Source of the DNA: a virus
DNA length: 55,056 bases
Virus record (IMG/VR): IMGVR_UViG_3300030319_000065
Span: 1 to 55,056 of that record
Direction: 5' to 3' (one strand)
Part shown: positions 52,155 through 55,056 of the stretch, piece after piece
Numbering within the stretch: the stretch's first letter is position 1
Layout: each line of letters begins with the position of its first letter
The notes under the pieces: generated by a model
Told to the model about the DNA's origin: nothing
The model's database searches: none
The model's input: only the letters and a program-made list of their open reading frames with translations
Made by a program: the position numbers and the translations under genes

Positions 52155-52716
52155 TTTTCAAATATGGTTATCTCGGTGAAGAAGTGTTTTTCAGCACTGC
52201 CGAGGGACATGGAAGTGAGTTACCTTAATTCGAGATATTGGATTTAGAAGTGGCTTATATCGGAAAGTGATTTCTGGTATGGAGACAGAAACTGTCAACA
52301 AAATCATGTGGCGTACCATCATAAAGAAGCCAATAGCAGAATCCTTGTGGCTGACGAAGAATAGACGCTGGCTGTGTCAGAATAACCTGTTGATGTGTGT
52401 AGTGTGAGAGACTACGGAATATATACAGGAAATCTCGTTAAGTCGGTTTGCCTTGAACCTGAGAAATCGGGGTATAACACAAGCGGTTCGTTAAAGTAGC
52501 GGTATGGCAAACAAAATTAAAAAATCGGTCATGCTAAGACTTACATAATTCTGAAAGAACCGTGAAATTTACGGGTATCAATCCCGTGTGTGCTTGTCAG
52601 CGGTAAGAAGCCAAGGGTCGCACCCAAACGCTCAGACTTATCGTCACACTGGCAGAATATGGCTGTATTTATAATGGATAAGACGAAGGTCTAACCATAT
52701 TTGAAACAATAATTAT

Positions 52717-52788
52717 AGCGGACGAGTGAAACGGCTTCACGCAAGGTTCATGCCCTTGAAACAATAGGTTCGACTCCTATGTCCGCAA
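52717..52788 (+). tRNA. tRNA with anticodon CAU (Met, or Ile2 if lysidinylated)
   Basis: Hand fold to 72 nt. Perfect D, anticodon and T stems, loop TTCATGC and T-loop TTCGACT. It has an A1/A72 mismatch and G8. Confidence 0.65.
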
Positions 52789-52932
52789 TTATGTAATCTT
52801 CAAAGATTGCATATTAAATATTAAAGCATGAGTTTTGCGGTTCTCATGAGTCCTCGTTTCCATGTTTTAGTAGGAACCTCCTTTAAAGTTGCCAATATAA
52901 AAAACCGCAATTAATGAAAAGAGAACATGAAA

Positions 52933-53085
52933 ATGGAAAGCAATGAATGTAATTTTTTAACATGTAGATATAACACTTTTGGAGTTTGCACGGACGATCA
53001 TAGCCGTGCAATATGTGTTGATGTAGCAAAGAAAGTATTATGTTTGGAGGAAGATGAAAATGGCACCGGGAGTTCACAAGATTAG
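52933..53085 (+). CDS. 50-aa Cys-rich hypothetical protein
   Basis: ORF read by hand. Weak RBS. Confidence 0.3.
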   Translation: MESNECNFLTCRYNTFGVCTDDHSRAICVDVAKKVLCLEEDENGTGSSQD

Positions 53086-53239
53086 CAAAGAAAAATTTTT
53101 TGAAGCATATGAAAAATGGTCGCAAGAGGGATTGAGTCTTGGTAAGTGTGCAAAAATTGCCGGAGTAAGCGTCCCTACGTTGAAGAAATACTTTGCGGTA
53201 CTTATTGCCGGAGAGGAATTTCCAGACAATTTGTTTTAA
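53054..53239 (+). CDS. Small HTH protein
   Basis: GLSLGKCAKIAGVSVPTLKKYF. GGAGG lies upstream. Confidence 0.5.
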   Translation: MKMAPGVHKISKEKFFEAYEKWSQEGLSLGKCAKIAGVSVPTLKKYFAVLIAGEEFPDNLF

Positions 53240-53248
53240 GGAGTGGAA

Positions 53249-53404
53249 ATGAGTATAGCAGAAGTAATTGAGAGCATAGAAAAAGATATGTGGAGAGATT
53301 TACAAAAGCGAAGTGAGCCAGAAGAACAACCAGAAATGATAGATTGTTCAACGCTTGGTGATGTTCCAGGAATAAACGTTATTAAAGGGAGGAAACAGAA
53401 ATGA
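53249..53404 (+). CDS. 51-aa hypothetical protein
   Basis: ATG 5 nt after AAGGAG. Confidence 0.4.
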   Translation: MSIAEVIESIEKDMWRDLQKRSEPEEQPEMIDCSTLGDVPGINVIKGRKQK

Positions 53405-53811
53405 ATATGTTTACATTAGGACAATGGATTGTTTTAGGATTTTTGTTTTTTACTGGTATTATTATTGGAGCAGTTGTTTTGCTTGTTGCTGAAGCCAGAG
53501 TTGAAGGATTTGTAACTATTGTTGTTACATTGATATGCAGTTTTGCTTTGGCTTTTGGAATGCGTTGGTATAATACATCAACTGCAAGTGGAATCAGAAG
53601 CATAAAAGACTTCCAATCAGAACTTACAAACGGAATTGACCGTGAAATTACGATAACCTCAGAGGATGGACGTGAAATTTTTCATTATAGAGGAAAAGTA
53701 GATATAGAGAGCGATCATGAAGACAATTATATTAAATTTGAAAGTGAAGACGGAAAACGTTATCTGATATATTACGGAGTTCAAGACACGATAACCATTA
53801 TTGAAAAATAA
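53401..53811 (+). CDS. Two-TM membrane protein with a soluble C-terminal domain
   Basis: ATGA coupling. The N-terminal 55 aa are hydrophobic. Confidence 0.55.
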   Translation: MNMFTLGQWIVLGFLFFTGIIIGAVVLLVAEARVEGFVTIVVTLICSFALAFGMRWYNTSTASGIRSIKDFQSELTNGIDREITITSEDGREIFHYRGKVDIESDHEDNYIKFESEDGKRYLIYYGVQDTITIIEK

Positions 53812-53923
53812 AATAAGTAACCGGCTAACAACGGAATAATGGGCTAGAAAATGAGAGAGTACGTGGCTGTACTTGAAAATAGGATTGATGAATTAGAAAG
53901 GTAATTGCGGAGGATTAGAACAG

Positions 53924-54106
53924 ATGAAGATAATTCAAAAAGGCAACTTAGATTTTGCTTATAAGCCTTTAAGATTTAGTTGTAAAAATTGCCATACCAT
54001 TTTTGAAGCAAACAATATAGAATATGAGTATTGTGGCGACCAACGAGAGGGCGATAACTGGAAATGCAAATGTCCTTTGTGCCACAAAACAGTATATTAC
54101 AGCTAA
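53924..54106 (+). CDS. 60-aa zinc-ribbon protein
   Basis: Motifs CKNCHT and CKCPLCHK. Confidence 0.5.
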   Translation: MKIIQKGNLDFAYKPLRFSCKNCHTIFEANNIEYEYCGDQREGDNWKCKCPLCHKTVYYS

Positions 54107-54210
54107 AATGATATTACCGATTGATAAATGGTTTCAGTCGCTAACCTAGGAAAATTGTAGGCAGGAGTCTTAAGCACTTCTGCTTTTTGTAAAGTGGAGG
54201 TGCATCTTAT

Positions 54211-55056
54211 TTGGCTTCTGATAATCTTATGGGAGCAGTTTCCAGTTATGAAAAATTTATAGAACAGCACGGTATAGAAGAGCCTGTTCTGGATGCATAT
54301 ATTGAAGCGTGTAAGGTCGCTATCCATACTGAGCGTGATGTTGAATATGGTTTACAGTGCACGAAGAGAAGTAAAGAACTAATAGAGCGGTTCTGTATGG
54401 AAAAGACAGGCGGTACAATCTGGGATCTGGAAAAGTTTGCGTTTGCAAATAAGACAGAATATGAACTGATTGACAAATTCTACGAACCAACACTTCTTGA
54501 AGCACAAAATCAGCAAGTGGAAAGCTATTTTCGGTATTTGGAGAAAAAGCGTGATCCTAAAGAACGGTTTTATATGCCGAAAAGAAATCAGTTTTTAAAT
54601 ATAGGCTTGACACAGGCTTTACAGGGAATGATTAATGATGATTATGACATTTTGTGCATTAGTCTTCCGCCTGGAACTTCAAAAACGACTGCTGAGAAGT
54701 TTTTTATTACAGGAGTAATTGGTTGGTTTCCAAAAGATTTCAGCCTGTTCTATTCTCACAGTGGTGACATTACCAGAATGTTCTATGATGGAGCGTATGA
54801 TATTGTAACAAATTCTGATGAATACACTTGGTATGATATTTTCCCTGATTTGAGAGTTACTAGTACCAATGCTAAAATGGAACAATTCAATGTTGGAAAA
54901 TACAAGCCGTTCCCATCATTACAGTGCACGTCAGTAGGAAGTAAAAATGCTGGTAAGGTTCGTGCATCAAAATATCTTCTGGTAGATGATATGATCGGTG
55001 GCATTGAAGAAGCTATGAATCCAACGATACTTGATAAGTTATGGGATAAATATGCT
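54211..55056 (+). CDS. terL: Terminase large subunit, N-terminal ATPase part; runs off the window and continues at base 100 via the 99-bp overlap
   Basis: TTG start 10 nt after GGAGG, with an alternative ATG at 54229. Walker A LPPGTSKT. No stop codon occurs before the window end. Confidence 0.85.
   Translation, partial: MASDNLMGAVSSYEKFIEQHGIEEPVLDAYIEACKVAIHTERDVEYGLQCTKRSKELIERFCMEKTGGTIWDLEKFAFANKTEYELIDKFYEPTLLEAQNQQVESYFRYLEKKRDPKERFYMPKRNQFLNIGLTQALQGMINDDYDILCISLPPGTSKTTAEKFFITGVIGWFPKDFSLFYSHSGDITRMFYDGAYDIVTNSDEYTWYDIFPDLRVTSTNAKMEQFNVGKYKPFPSLQCTSVGSKNAGKVRASKYLLVDDMIGGIEEAMNPTILDKLWDKYA

Noticed and set aside
51987-52247. ORFs 51987..52247 and 52040..52228.
   Set aside because: They run straight through the well-folded tRNA(UAU) gene and its flanks, and they have no RBS.
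52556-52604. The hairpin ACGGG-TATCAAT-CCCGT plus GTGTGCT as a third functional tRNA.
   Set aside because: The loop is not a canonical TTC T-loop. No 5' acceptor partner or D or anticodon arm can be found upstream. It aligns as a degenerate copy of the 3' half of the tRNA-like element.

Overview
This window is a complete, circularly closed genome of a temperate siphovirus-like phage. The unit length is 54,957 bp, because bases 1-99 are repeated exactly at 54958-55056 and the junction falls inside terL. The host is probably a low-GC Firmicute, likely a spore-forming Clostridia or Lachnospiraceae-type bacterium, judged from the ChW-repeat endolysin. Almost all genes are on the + strand.

Gene order:
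- terL, which wraps the junction, then a sigma-like regulator, portal, scaffold and major capsid protein.
- Head-tail genes, with an embedded XhlA-like and holin pair.
- Major tail protein, G/GT chaperone with a -1 frameshift, and a 1431-aa tape measure carrying a Cys-His cell-wall hydrolase domain.
- Tail tip and fibre genes, then a ChW amidase endolysin.
- A CI/Cro switch at about 21 kb.
- Early genes: GIY-YIG, antirepressor, RecE-like/RecT/RusA, SSB, replisome organizer, G39P-like loader, two methyltransferase modules and many small Zn-ribbon ORFs.
- A large serine recombinase at 37.7-39.0 kb.
- A terminator-bounded six-gene cargo cassette of low-complexity, C1q/BclA-like, spore-surface-like proteins at 39.2-42.2 kb.
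- Morons and antirepressors.
- A visibly GC-richer island at 46-49.3 kb, with about 0.8 kb free of ORFs.
- terS behind a leader and terminator.
- MazG, a tRNA/tRNA-like cluster with long ORF-free spacers, and back to terL.

No CRISPR array, rRNA, transposase or reverse transcriptase was seen. All product calls rest on motif recognition by eye, and no database search was run.
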